Position numbers and translations under genes: made by a program. Below are positions 26,521-38,788 of a stretch of DNA of 50,039 bases, in pieces. This DNA comes from Catajapyx aquilonaris (Eukaryota). The stretch spans positions 1 to 50,039 of the forward strand of contig JYFJ02002838.1 in the NCBI GenBank assembly GCA_000934665.2, in the 5' to 3' direction. Position 1 is the first letter of the stretch; each line of letters starts with the position of its first letter. The notes beneath the pieces were generated by a model. The model had not been told where the DNA came from. It did no database searches and saw nothing but the letters and a program-made list of their open reading frames with translations.

Positions 26521-28775
26521 CTTAAGTGTCCCCCTGTCCTGCCTCAAGTGGCTGAAATATATTAAAACGGTTAAAAAACTTATTATCTCTAAAAAGCCAA
26601 TTTGACGTAGCTCACTTTAGTAAGCGAAATAGAATTTTATTTACGACGTAATGACAGGGTTTCCACCTGTGAACGTAGGTGGCTCATAGCGCTGTTTCAA
26701 AACGTTACCAACGATGTCAATTTTGACAAAATTATGTTACAAGGTTTGGGACTGAAAAAAAAAAACTCCTAGACAGTATACATTCATATTCGCTGAATGC
26801 CTGCTACAGTCATAGCACATTACGACCTAACTGCAGTCACATGATTGCATAGGAATTGAGTCGGTAGCGAGACCGGAAGATCTATGACGGTTTAGTAGAC
26901 ATCAGTGTTACCATGGGACGCGGAAAGTTTGTGAAACTGGTGAATCTAGCCGTGTAACGCCGGAGACTTGAGCTATTTTTTATGTTGCTAATAATCGCTT
27001 TTGTGCGTGTCTGCGTTGGCGAGTCCTATCCCATTTGAGTTGCCATGTAGAAGCAAATGAAATCAGCGAATCCATTATCGGACGCGCCGTGTAAATTGGT
27101 TACAACGGCTAATTACGAAACGTCGGCGTTTAGTTCCAAACTCTGAGAACAGGCAGGCAATACTCTTTCAGCAGCATCCAAGCGAAGGAGCTTCCATCAC
27201 TAGGTAACATTTTAGTGTATAATGTTCAGGCCCAAGAAAGGCGCAGGTTTACAGCGAATTATAGGGACGAGGTAATTACTTGCGTACACTACAAGGCATT
27301 ATCTACAGTGTTTTATAAGTGATGGCATACTGCTATCCAAACTGCAAATCTCAGATGCTGAGTACGCGCTAAAATTTCACTAATGGTGCTAAAGAGTGAA
27401 AAGGTCGCGTCTTAGGTATGTCGTAAATTATTGTAAAAATCTGGTTGGAATTTTCCAGTTTTCTCTCGTTGAAAAAAAAAAATCGTTTAAATTATGATGA
27501 CACTGATAGATAAGTCCTGCATGTTGTTCACTGAACCTGAGCTGTAATTGAATTGACATATTCCAGTTAATTTCTCTCCATTATAATGCCCCGTTTGAAG
27601 CGGTGCCACATTAATCAACCAGCATAAATTTTATTAAATGTCTGTTATAATGAACTACAGTATAATATGTGACTTCAAAATTCTCATACCATTGAAATAA
27701 AATTAAAATTAAAATTAAATTAAAACACTCGGTGATATAAACTGCACTCGATATCATGCATTATCCTTGCAATGGAACTACTAAATAATTATCAAAATAT
27801 AGTAAATGATTCGCTAACTATCACTAGCCCTAATGTCACTTCAGGTGTATATCTGTGCTTGTTGGTGTCAAAGGGCATAGTGGAAAGACAAGACCCGTGG
27901 CATGTTGGATATTGGAGCTAACGTGGGTTGGAGAGTATCGACCCTCTGTCACTTGTACTCGACCTGAGAACGGTCACTTCCAGCTTGACTCATGCTTCAG
28001 TGTTATCTCTTGTGCAGTAGGCCACACCGTTTCCTCCCTGCCACTTCTAAGTCTGACATGTCTGTGCCCTTGACCTAACAGTCGACACCTGTTTCCGTCC
28101 GTGTGTTGCTGCAACTCCCATTTTGACACTTAGGCTCGTTTATGAACATTGTACTAGTCCATCCAGAGTAGCTTTGATGCCTGCATATTTGGTGGTTTTT
28201 AAAATTTAGAGGCCAGTTATTATGGTGCCCCACGACCTAATGCATAGTGGGCCAAAATTGGCCCACGAGACATGGATCGGCCACCGCTGCGGCTTAGTGC
28301 GACCTCTGAGCCTCCGTTCAACTTTGTCGCCTTGTCTGTGTGTAATGCACTTTCAACTCGGCTTTCCACCGACTCATGCTTTAAGCAAGGTAAGCATAGA
28401 ATGAGCAGAGTCCAGTTTCGACCAGTCTGGACTCGTTCAGACACAAACAGAATACAAAACACAATAGGCTTATTAATGAGCTAAAAAGGATTTACATATA
28501 CCAGCCTGAAGTTTATCAAAGTCTCCACTGTTACAACAATATATTCTAGTGCAAGGTTGCAGTTGGACCGAAAAATGTTGGTGGCCTCAGCGCTATATAT
28601 TGGCTGTCCTTATATTTCCTGTCGGTTTGGTTGAAATATATTTTGTGAACTCAGTCTGAGCCTATTTATCATCACTTTTGGTGCTTGAGACCGAGAATGT
28701 TTGGTGGTGAGCTCAATCTTTTGGTTATTTTGTACCCTCCACGTTCATGCTGAGAAGTCGAATTCGTGGGAGTGG

Positions 28776-28805
28776 AACCTAATACTGCTTCATCTCTCTT
28801 TTCAG
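28776..28805 (+). promoter_or_regulatory. Candidate splice acceptor opening the receptor's coding exon (exon from 28806)
   Basis: Branch-like cctaat followed by cttcatctctcttttcag|, 674 nt upstream of the ATG. Confidence 0.5.
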
Positions 28806-29479
28806 ACCTGTTCCAGATGATTTAAGAGTTGAGGCTTTTCCGAAGACATTTCCTACTTGGGTTCCCACGCTTCAATTGCAGTAGTGCTGAAACTTTTCCC
28901 CCTTGTCAGAACTCTTGTATTTTTGGCAGCCCGCTAAAAACTTTCTTTTCATTCTTTATTATAATTTTACTTCCCATTCCGTTCGATAAATTTGAGGTTT
29001 CGTGACGTTGGAACCGAATTAAAACTTTGACGCCTAGTCAGGACTAAAACTAGGACTTCATGTACGGTAGTGAAAAAGGATCGCTCTTTATAGCAGTTGT
29101 ATAGAGCCGGAACATTTTGAGAAGAAGGCGAAAGAAGTGGCAGAGAGTTCCAATTTAAGAGCTGAACGTTCTATTTTGGGATAATTTTTGACGTGCCGTG
29201 GAAAACAAAACTGAATTTACGCCCCACTTTTCGCTTCGTGTTTCTTCTCGGAAGACAGAGTGGCTCTTTGTGGCCCACGGTGTTTGTGTGTACTGTCAGC
29301 AAGAAAAAAAAAATGGTGCAAGGTTGCGATTCGTCGGACTAGGTCAAGACCTATCACCATGCTGTTATAAAGTTATACTCGAACTTGTCAATTGATCAAC
29401 TGATTACATAAGCATTTGTTCAAAGAAAATTTAATTGAAGAGATGCTACACCCCTGACGGTCAAGCAACAAGATTCAAG

Positions 29480-30652
29480 ATGCCCGAAGACTTCCTGGAA
29501 GGGTCAGCCTCCGGGCCTAGCCCTGCTCCAGCCAGGGCACGAGCTCCCAATTTCCTGTACTGCAACTTGACCAATTATACATTCTCTCCTTTTTGCAACG
29601 ACACCTTTGTTGACGAGCTATATGGAAGGACTGACTACACCGATGCCTTCACGCTGGAGCGCATTGTATCGACCGTGGTTCCCGTGATATTTGGCATTAT
29701 TGTAGTGGTAGGCCTCTTCGGAAACGCCCTGGTGGTCATCGTGGTGGCAGCCAACAAGCAGATGCGTAATACCACCAATATACTCATCATCAACCTGGCC
29801 ATGGCTGACCTACTCTTCATCGTATTTTGCGTTCCATTTACGGCCACTGATTACGCTCTTCCGTTCTGGCCATTTGGAGATATATGGTGCAAGATCGTGC
29901 AGTATTTGGTGATTGTCACCGCCTATGCCAGTGTGTACACTCTGGTACTGATGTCTCTAGATCGATTCCTGGCAGTGGTGCATCCAATCACATCCATGTC
30001 TATTCGTACTGAGCGTAACACCATCCTGGCCATTGCCCTGACCTGGGTCGTCATCTTCATCACTTGTATACCCGTCATGTTGGCCCACGGAGAGGTGACC
30101 TACCCGTACGCATTCAGCCAACACTCAGTCTGCGTTTTTCTAGACAAGAAGGGATACAACCACCCTGCGTTTCAAATCTCCTTCTTTGCTACGTCATACG
30201 TGATCCCTCTGGCACTTATCTGCGGCCTGTACTTATGCATGCTGATGAAGCTGTGGTACGGCGTGGCTCCCGGAGGTCGGGTGTCTGCAGAGAGTCGCCG
30301 TGGAAAGAAAAGGGTGACAAGAATGGTGGTGGTGGTGGTGGTCATATTCGCCGTCTGTTGGTGCCCTATTCAGCTAGTCCTGGTCCTCAAGAGTCTGGAC
30401 CTATTTGAGATCACACCGGTCAACGTCCTCATACAAATCACTGCACACGTCCTGGGGTACATGAACTCCTGCGTCAATCCCATCCTGTATGCTTTCCTCA
30501 GCGACAATTTCCGGAAAGCTTTCCGGAAGGTCATCTACTGCGCTCCCAGGAGGAGACCCGCCCAAAATGGCCGCCTGGAAGAAGAGAAAACCGACACTCG
30601 CGCCCTCACCATCAAATCCACGCGCACTAACGACAACAACGACATCCTATAA
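29480..30652 (+). CDS. AstA-R: Allatostatin-A (FGLamide) receptor, galanin-receptor-like class A GPCR, 390 aa, intron-free CDS
   Basis: Seven hydrophobic helices with GN (TM1), NLAMAD (TM2), DRF (TM3), CWCP (TM6) and NPILY (TM7). AstA-R-typical strings SVYTLVLMSLDRFLAVVHPI, RRGKKRVTRMV and FLSDNFRKAFRK. N-terminal sequons NLT, NYT, NDT. First in-frame ATG is 29480; the ORF-track start at 29435 is a TTG. Confidence 0.96.
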   Translation: MPEDFLEGSASGPSPAPARARAPNFLYCNLTNYTFSPFCNDTFVDELYGRTDYTDAFTLERIVSTVVPVIFGIIVVVGLFGNALVVIVVAANKQMRNTTNILIINLAMADLLFIVFCVPFTATDYALPFWPFGDIWCKIVQYLVIVTAYASVYTLVLMSLDRFLAVVHPITSMSIRTERNTILAIALTWVVIFITCIPVMLAHGEVTYPYAFSQHSVCVFLDKKGYNHPAFQISFFATSYVIPLALICGLYLCMLMKLWYGVAPGGRVSAESRRGKKRVTRMVVVVVVIFAVCWCPIQLVLVLKSLDLFEITPVNVLIQITAHVLGYMNSCVNPILYAFLSDNFRKAFRKVIYCAPRRRPAQNGRLEEEKTDTRALTIKSTRTNDNNDIL

Positions 30653-32823
30653 ACGTGACGCGAACTTGGGCTTGCATCAAAAGGGGGAAAATATAAGCTA
30701 CAAAAAAACCCATAAAAAACATAATTTGCTGTTTAATATAAGTTTGTGCGGTGGTGTCCCGTGAACTATTTGTTATGGACCAGTGCAGTGTTTCTTCATC
30801 TCCTCCTGAACTGACCCGCTTGCAACTGTGAGAGATTCTACATATTATCAGGTAAGGCTGTGTGCATGTCGTAGAAACATGGGGGAAATAGTCCAATTTG
30901 TATGCGGAGGAAAGCTCGATGATGACGTTCAGGCTTCCTTGTGGTAAAATATTTTATAGAGTGGGTATTTTCTCGCTCTATGGCCGTCATTTGTGGAAAT
31001 TGCACGGGCTTGTCACATCCAGGGGGTCTCGAACTTCAGACGCTTGGCACTTCTTATGGCAATTAATATTTCCTGGACGCTCTCTTGAGTCTGTCACTCT
31101 GGTTTTCTCAACTACGCCTCGTGAAAATTAAAACGTAATGTAGGATTCTGTTGAAATTTTACAGGAGAAAAGGTCATCTAGGGTCTGTAGTGGTGTGCAA
31201 AGAGTCGCCTGCTACAATTATAATGTTTGTTGGGTATAAAAGTGCATACACAGAATTGTTTTTAAAAAAACTACACATTTATGATCCAGCACCTAATGGG
31301 CAAAATTAAATGTACTGTCATGTAACTGCAGCTCACCGGTGATGATATACTATACCGGTATATCAAAGAAAGTTTTGGACACGCATATTCTGGCGATGTA
31401 GAGTTATCGGCATTTCTAACCTTGGTAATGAGCAGGATGCATAGACCCATGTTTGTTCGAAACTTTTTTTGACTTGTAATACGCATGTAGGTCGCGAATA
31501 AAAATCGACATATTCCATTACAAAGCCCTGATAGTGGCTTAGTTTAGGAGCATGTCTATTCCGAGAAGCTGATGTATGATGTTACCTCTGTGGTGTCACT
31601 AAAATTACATTCAGCAGATGACGGATGGTGGTACTGTGCATGTTACATTTTATCATACAGCATGTTGTGAAGGTGCAAATTGAAAGGTGAGCTGAGATGT
31701 GTGAATACTGAATTTTTGTAGTTTAATATTTCGTAGATAAAATAAGCGTCTTTTGTATCACATTTTGTTGGCGCACATTTCGGTACGTTTACAAGCTACA
31801 CTACTCAGCATAGGTAGCATGGAAAATGCCCAAGTCCATATTGGCCGTACACTGCCGTGTGATTTACCATCTTTAGTTTTGAATTGATCATGCACTGCTC
31901 GATTGGTCAAAACTATCTAGTTTATGACTCTCATTTGGAGGTCATAAAAAATCAAAGGGGTCGTATGAGTACCAGTATATAGAGTTGTTCTAAAAGTGGA
32001 TGATTACTGTTAGTAAGACACTCTGTGGTCCATCTGGAAGTGTCGGGACTGGATCATTTATGACACTTCATTCTTCAAAGAGAGTATCGCACGAAATGGC
32101 CCACTTTATGAACTAAGGCATTAGCATATGACGAGTCACATGAGAATGCAGTTATGACATCTTGAGGATGCCTGCCACCAACCTAGATGTTTTTTTAAAG
32201 TTCCAAAAGACGATAACAATTTTGCCAAGCCACATACTTGAAGGGCAGTAGCATTTACGGGAAGTGTTAGAAATAAACAAATTTTCTCATTGTCAGTTAC
32301 GAACTTGGTTAAGAAGCTTATCTGTGTTTTTGTGTCTCCTGCAAAGCTTTTCATTCTCACCGATTTTTATTCATACCTATTGTACAGACTGCTCTTTCAG
32401 GCAACGCTATAGCAGTTGTTCATTGTTTCACGGTGACATTTTGAATCCTATATCTGCATGTTTGCCCTGTTATTCTCCTATGTTCTATTTTTGTGTGTTT
32501 GTATGCAACTCGTAATATGTTACCTAGCAACACTATTTATTGCCTCGACACAATAACTAGATTGTGAAAGTTTTTAAATTGCTGCCATTTCACCCTGTTC
32601 GTGCTTCTCGTTTCAATGCAGAGACCTAAACAGATGTTACAGTTCATTCAAATTCCAGCCATAAAATAAGAAATCATTCCTCCTAGAACCAACAGCTGAT
32701 TGGATGCCTGGCACACTGTAATTAGGGACGAGGAAAAAGCAATATACCGTATAAAGATAATATACTCAATTATTTAAGTGAAGTCCTCTTTTATATTCAG
32801 GGATGAGGAATTATTTAAATAAA

Positions 32824-33117
32824 TAATTTGTACCCCGTGCTAGAGCCATGGGCCATCTTAGGGGGGTGGGATACCACCATATTTTTTATCTGGAACTCTT
32901 GCTTTCGTTTTTACTTCTCGTAGTATATGGGGATTGGATAGGGACGGAAGGAAGCGGCTGTGGCCTATAATTACGGACACGACCCCGGAATTTTCCTGGT
33001 GAGACCATGGGAAACTACAGAAAACCACGGTCAGGGTCGGCGGCCACCGGGATTCGAACCCAGGACCTCCCGATTAGCAGTCGGATACCATATCCCCTCC
33101 GCTACCACTGCTTCGGT
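32824..33117 (-). mobile_element. tRNA-derived SINE, family B
   Basis: Minus-strand A box (gtggtagcgg...) and B box gggttcgaatcc; flanking repeat ttatttaaataaa; homologous to 17036-17292. Confidence 0.88.
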
Positions 33118-33683
33118 TGAGTTATTTAAATAAAAATAAACACAGGAGAAGTTCTTACAGCAGGGTGTTCCTTAATACCGACAAGCTTCTATAGAGTGAA
33201 CTGCGGATGCAAACCTTCCATTATACGTACATATAATGTCTATGATTGACTAGTTCATCAGCATTCGGATCGTCAACTTGTGTAGAGAAAACCCCTCTGT
33301 ATTGTACAGTACTTGTCACCTTGACAAGTGAAAATTGCGCAATCAGCTTCTCTTAACAGCATCTGTTATTAACCTCAGCTCCAATGACCTGCCACTGGCC
33401 ACACTGGCCTGGACTTTAACATGAGCCGGACAGAATGGACTGGACACGATTTGATCTGTCCTAATGTAATTACGTCAGGTGAGCAGGCAGCGCCCCGTAA
33501 TTGACTTTGATTCCAGTGGAAGTCAGCCTTTTCCTCCTTACTGTACGGTACCTTCCGCACCATTTCAATTTGGATTCTGGTATGTCATTTTCTGAAATGA
33601 GTCTTTTATACAAAATCTTCAAGATTTGTCCAAAAATTTCATGATGCAATCTTGGAATAAATAATAATATTATCCTTCTGTAG

Positions 33684-34063
33684 AAGTGGTTCCCATTCTG
33701 TGGGTATATGGAAGCCTTTTCCGGGGGGTCGCGCGTGGTCCCGATAATTTTAATAAATTAATTAATAAATAAAATTAATTTTATAGGAAATTTTTCCACG
33801 AAGGTCCCCCCCCCCCCCCAACACCTACTAGCAGTGGCNGGGGGGGGAGCATAAGCCGCAAAGAGTGGGTTCAAGGTCATACGAGCTGAGGTGAATGTGG
33901 GAGATTTGAATGGGTGTGTATTTATTGAAGTTGGTAGCACTTCTTCCAAAAAATCATGAATTAGTAATTTTTGTCGATTTTTGGATAATAGCCTATGTTT
34001 CTCGGAGGGCTACTTGACTATCATAAAATGGGGTCGCGACCCGAAAAAGGTTGGGAATCACTG
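33684..34063. mobile_element. hAT (Charlie-like) MITE
   Basis: 8-bp TSD ttct(g/a)tag; termini (c>a)agtggttccca ... ttgggaatcactg; subterminal ggggtcgcg motifs. A related right end lies at about 11394-11424. Confidence 0.8.
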
Positions 34064-35189
34064 TTCTATAGTCTATTAACGTGGGAAGAAAAATCTTCAT
34101 GAACTTTACACGTTTTCCTGCATCATCATAATGTGAAAATTACGTTAATCACAATCAATTTGCATTAAACAAGAAACACACCGCTAATATTAATCTAATG
34201 TACATATGATTTTGATAGCGTTTACAACCATACGGCACTAATATCGCCAATTTAATACTATAATGTTGCATTAAAAATAACCAGGATCAAGATGGACTTT
34301 TGATTACAACAATGAACTAATTGTGACCTACACATATAATTGCTAGTTTATTTTGTATCACGGTGTGGTGCAGTGCAGGGAAGTTTATTTTGGGCACGTA
34401 ATATCTCCCGTATTGCACTTCCACATGTTTGCAAAATTGAAGAGTGCGTCAATCTCTGCAGAGTGGAAACCTCTCGCGCTAATGTTGTTGAAACCACCTG
34501 TTACTGGCATATTTCTGGAGTTTGAAGAGAGAGCCATATGGGAGCTAGCCTAATATAACTGACAAACAATTTAAGAATTTCCTGCCCTTAATGACTGTAT
34601 CCTTCCTGTATGAAACAGCTAATTAGGCCAGAAAAGGTTCAAACCCTATACCCAAGAGATGATTACAATTTTATTGAAAAAGTACAATAATCTAATTTTT
34701 AAAATTGGTCACATCCACATTTTTGGCAGTCGTCTTTCATAATATATGGACACAAAAAATAGTATAGTCTAGTCATCAGTAGGACACAGCTCAGTTTCCG
34801 GCGTATGTGTTTTAAGGGGAAACACACGAGTCCCTCAGGATGCACATGAAAATTGCGCCTTACGTTTGAGGAAACTGGCTCTGTTGTTGGGGGCACAACA
34901 ACGACTTCACATTTTCATAATATACTTGATGTGCGACGGTGCGCTTACCAAATGTGTGTCAGAATTAGCCTGGCACACTGCTGAAACTTTCAACATTTTG
35001 CAGCGCACATCAGTCACTTTACTTTTGCATGCAGCGTTGACCAGCTTCCTTTCCAACCTCATGCTTTAGCTAACTCCGCTGCTCAACGTATAGGAAGTAA
35101 GTTGAAACAGATGACCTGCCTTTTTCTCTAAAACATGGTAAAAGCATTGTAGAAATTACAAGCCAAAATTTTGCTAGCACTATCAGCTA

Positions 35190-35349
35190 CAGTCCTTTAA
35201 ACCAAAGAACGAGCTGACGTCACACCAGCAGTGTTTTCTGGGCATGCGCAGTATGCTTGCAGAGCGATTCGGGGACATGATAGGAAGGAAGGGCCTGGTG
35301 GAGGCGGGGCTGACCGTGACGTCAGATCGTTCTTTGGTTTAACGGACTG
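35190..35349. mobile_element. TA-flanked MITE (Tc1/mariner-like CAGT termini)
   Basis: TA|CAGTCC(T/G)TTAAACCAAAGAACGA(G/T)CTGACGTCAC 34-bp TIRs |TA. Confidence 0.88.
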
Positions 35350-38279
35350 TAGTAAATAGAGCTCAGATTCGGACGAAAACAAATAGGAAAACTTCTTGGT
35401 GCACAAAGGTGAATGACACTATTACTATCTATTAAAATCTTGGACTTGGAATCGATACCGTCATAACAAAAATAATTCATGGAGCTGTGATTATAATGCA
35501 AATTCCAAGGCGAAAATTGCTTAGGGTGGCATTCCCGTTATCTAAAGGAGGTGATAAATTAGTTTTTTTTGGTTCTCTCGAAATCCTTTTGTCTCCGATA
35601 GTATAGTAGCTTAGATATCCATTCAGAGGCTTGGCATAGCATTCCTTCTACAGGCAGTTTTGTGTCGACGTGTCCGGATCATTGGCTTGTTTTTCTTCTT
35701 GCGGAGACAAGCAAAGTTTCAAGCTTTGGTAAGAACCCCGCTTTACAAGAGAAATGGGAACACTTGACTTTCTGGTCAGGTGCAGTTCCTTGAACATTAG
35801 CTGACGTTTTAATCAAGCAAGAGAAGACTCACTATCTCCAACAGGCGCGGATATGGTGGGTTGAACAATTGACGATTGTGTGGAAACGGTGTTGCGAGGA
35901 CGATTTCCTTGTTCTAAAGATCCGAAGTGTAATAAAGTTCCACAATTGTGAATGGTAAAATAAGATTACAAAGGCATCGGGAGAGGGAATAGCCTTTGAG
36001 ACACCGGGAGAGAGTATACATGAAGTACAGTAGGAATACGAGGGGAATCCAACCCAATTGAAAAGCGGCGTTGGACTCTCCAGAAATGTCATAAGGTTTC
36101 TGGGGCGAATAACAATGTGAGAAAATGAGTGCTTTGTTGGCAGTGACTTCCCGTGGGAATTCTCAACCGCATTCGTTCCAAATGTAATTATGAAAATCCT
36201 CCACCTCCACAGCTGCTGGTGACTGTTGTAAGGGTTTCACTGTTACCTTCTGCAAGACAAACTTTTGTTAACATATATTTAAATGTGTTACATCATTCAG
36301 CTGCATTCCCTTGACAAAAAAAGGTCTCCTTATAGACTCCGAATATGCGCTAGAAAATACGTCGCGTCACAGTTCTGAAATGTAGATGTTCCCTCGAGTC
36401 TACTTGGGCATGAATAAGATTCAGACCTGTGATGAGAGTTGGGCGGAATTTATCACGACTGCACCGTTTGTCATCTGTCTCTGATAAAGTGAACTTGAGC
36501 TGAATAGTCTCGTCTGTAAGCGTAGGATATACTACTGTATGTCTAGTTTGTACAATATATTCAGTATATCTGTCGATGTAATATCGTGCATTCGCAGAAA
36601 TCGTTACCGATTATTTTGAAACATTAATATTATTAATTAATGCCTAATAAAATGCATATAATAATATTATAGTAATTTAAATAATTTAAAATAATTTAAA
36701 CCATTTCAAGTCATTTAAAAGTCCTGTAAATGCTGCCTAACAATTTTTCCTCTTTCTGAAATTGAGGCCAGAACTACTGTTATTGTAATGTGAATAATGT
36801 TGCATAAAGGAGAACTTTGACACTTTGTCACTGTCATTTTGTCGTTATTAATTGGGATTAGGGCTTGGTATTGACGATGTGCTGTGGACAACGATCTAGG
36901 GGATCATATTGCAAGGGAAGTATGAAATGTTTCACACCCGACCAAGATCAGAAGGGATGTCAAAACGCACAGACCGATCGATGCCGTTGCATTAATTTGA
37001 GCAAGGATGTCGTTGACATCAGTATCAGTGACAACACTAAATTAATTTCTACTCCCTTGCAGGACATTTTGTGAATTCAAAATTACCGCAATGACGACAG
37101 AAATTAATGGAGGTATGTGATATTATTGACCCTGAGGTGTTCATGATGCCAGTCCCGCAGTACACTAACGCACGGTGACGCAATTTAAATTAATTTCGGC
37201 ACATTAATATGTTAATTTCACGACTCGTCTTGTCATATATTTCAGAAACAAAACAGTACGTAAAAATTATGTTGGTAATTTGCATTTTAAAAATCCCCGA
37301 TCAACCAACATTTGCGGCCAAGCAGAATAGAAAACATCGGTCATGTTATTTTTACGCGCCGTCAAAGCGTCATACAAGGTCATTACTGCTGTGGTGTCGC
37401 CAATTGCAGGGATTTTAATTGAGCCGCCAGTCAAACGTCATAATGCCGTCTGTCAAGGTTTCCTTATTTTTCCACTAACAAGGTACTGTTGTACATTTTA
37501 CACACACAGCCTTATCTGAATGCTACCTACTGCGGAAAACTAAATTCGATAACTTTGGGCAAGACTTTGGGTGATAAGCTCGCCAAGACCTGAAGTTGTC
37601 ACACTGTGCATTTGACATCATCCCTTATTCACTGAGAGTGACCATTGAAGCATCCTGTATTTTCTTCAGATATCGAGCATGGTACTGTAATGCTACTGTC
37701 TCGTTCTTACATAATTAAGACTGGAAATTACGTGCCTTCGATAATAATCATCTGTTTGAAAGTTTCCATGGTGTTATTTTTGCACGTCTTACGAAGACGG
37801 GCCTTAGGCAGGATGTCATAAAAAGAAAGGACAGGAAAAAGCAGCCCTTAGATGGCGAGAAAAAAGACCCAACAGAGCATCAAAGGTTTTCGCACGTCGT
37901 TCTCTTGTTACCAGAAAAGAAAGAAAGGTGCCGCCCTCTGTGTCTCAGTACTGACACTCCCTGATGCTCACTTGTTTATTGTGAGTCTCACTCCACCCAA
38001 TCCCTTTGCTACCAACTGCATTGACCATCTGAACAAAATAATGCCAATGACCAGTTCAGGTAGCTAAGGTTACTGGCCTCCGCTGTGTCCCACTTAGTTG
38101 GCAAAAGCAGAACGAATGCACACAAGTGTTCCAGCGCCTCAGTCTCTGATAGTGGACCATAAGTCAAGGGTCGAAATCGACGTGCTAACTCCTGAACGCT
38201 CTCTGGCCGTGAATATACACCAGCGCCACCTTGCCTCGCAAAATGACGTTGGAAGAAACTCGATGAAATGGCAACTAGG

Positions 38280-38343
38280 CCTATCACGTGGTAAAATAAA
38301 TAAAATAAAATAAAATAAAATAAAATAAAATAAATAAATAAAT
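38280..38343 (+). mobile_element. Extremely 5'-truncated retroposon (13 nt of SINE/LINE 3' end plus A-rich tail)
   Basis: 17-bp TSD atga(a/g)atggcaactagg at 38263-38279 and 38344-38360 around cctatcacgtggt(aaaat)n; matches the 3' end of the SINE at 14213. Confidence 0.75.
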
Positions 38344-38698
38344 ATGAGATGGCAACTAGGACACTAGTATTTTCTAACAATTTATTGAAGAATGTGGATT
38401 TAGTATAGTGTGAGGAATCACTATAGAATAATTGCCAGGAAAAACAATGGCCACGAAACGAATCTCATACGCAAATTTATGCAAGCAAATTAGATGAGGG
38501 TTGTTGGTTGCACAAGGATGATATTTTATTTAAGCTCGGCTCTGCAACAGGATTAAAGTCAGCTTGGGCTTGAATATCCTTTCAAGCCATTTTTAGGGAG
38601 TGGAAAAAACTCACTCCCTGATCCGCACTGGAGCGCTTTTAACGCAAATGTGGATTGTATAGACTCCACTCTATGGTCCTTTTTGTAATGAGAACGTA

Positions 38699-38788
38699 CG
38701 CTCAAAAACATAAGAGACGATTTTGCATTTGATTCAAATTCAGGCTGCACTTGAGTCAAATGCAAAATCGTCTCTATGTTTTTGAGCG
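38699..38788. repeat. 90-bp hairpin, probably a minimal MITE
   Basis: About 38-bp arms cgctcaaaaacata(a)gagacgattttgcatttga.tcaa with a loop of about 13 nt. Confidence 0.8.

Noticed and set aside
29435..29479. ORF-track start of the receptor
   Set aside because: It is a TTG; ATG 29480 (aagATGc) is the more plausible eukaryotic start.
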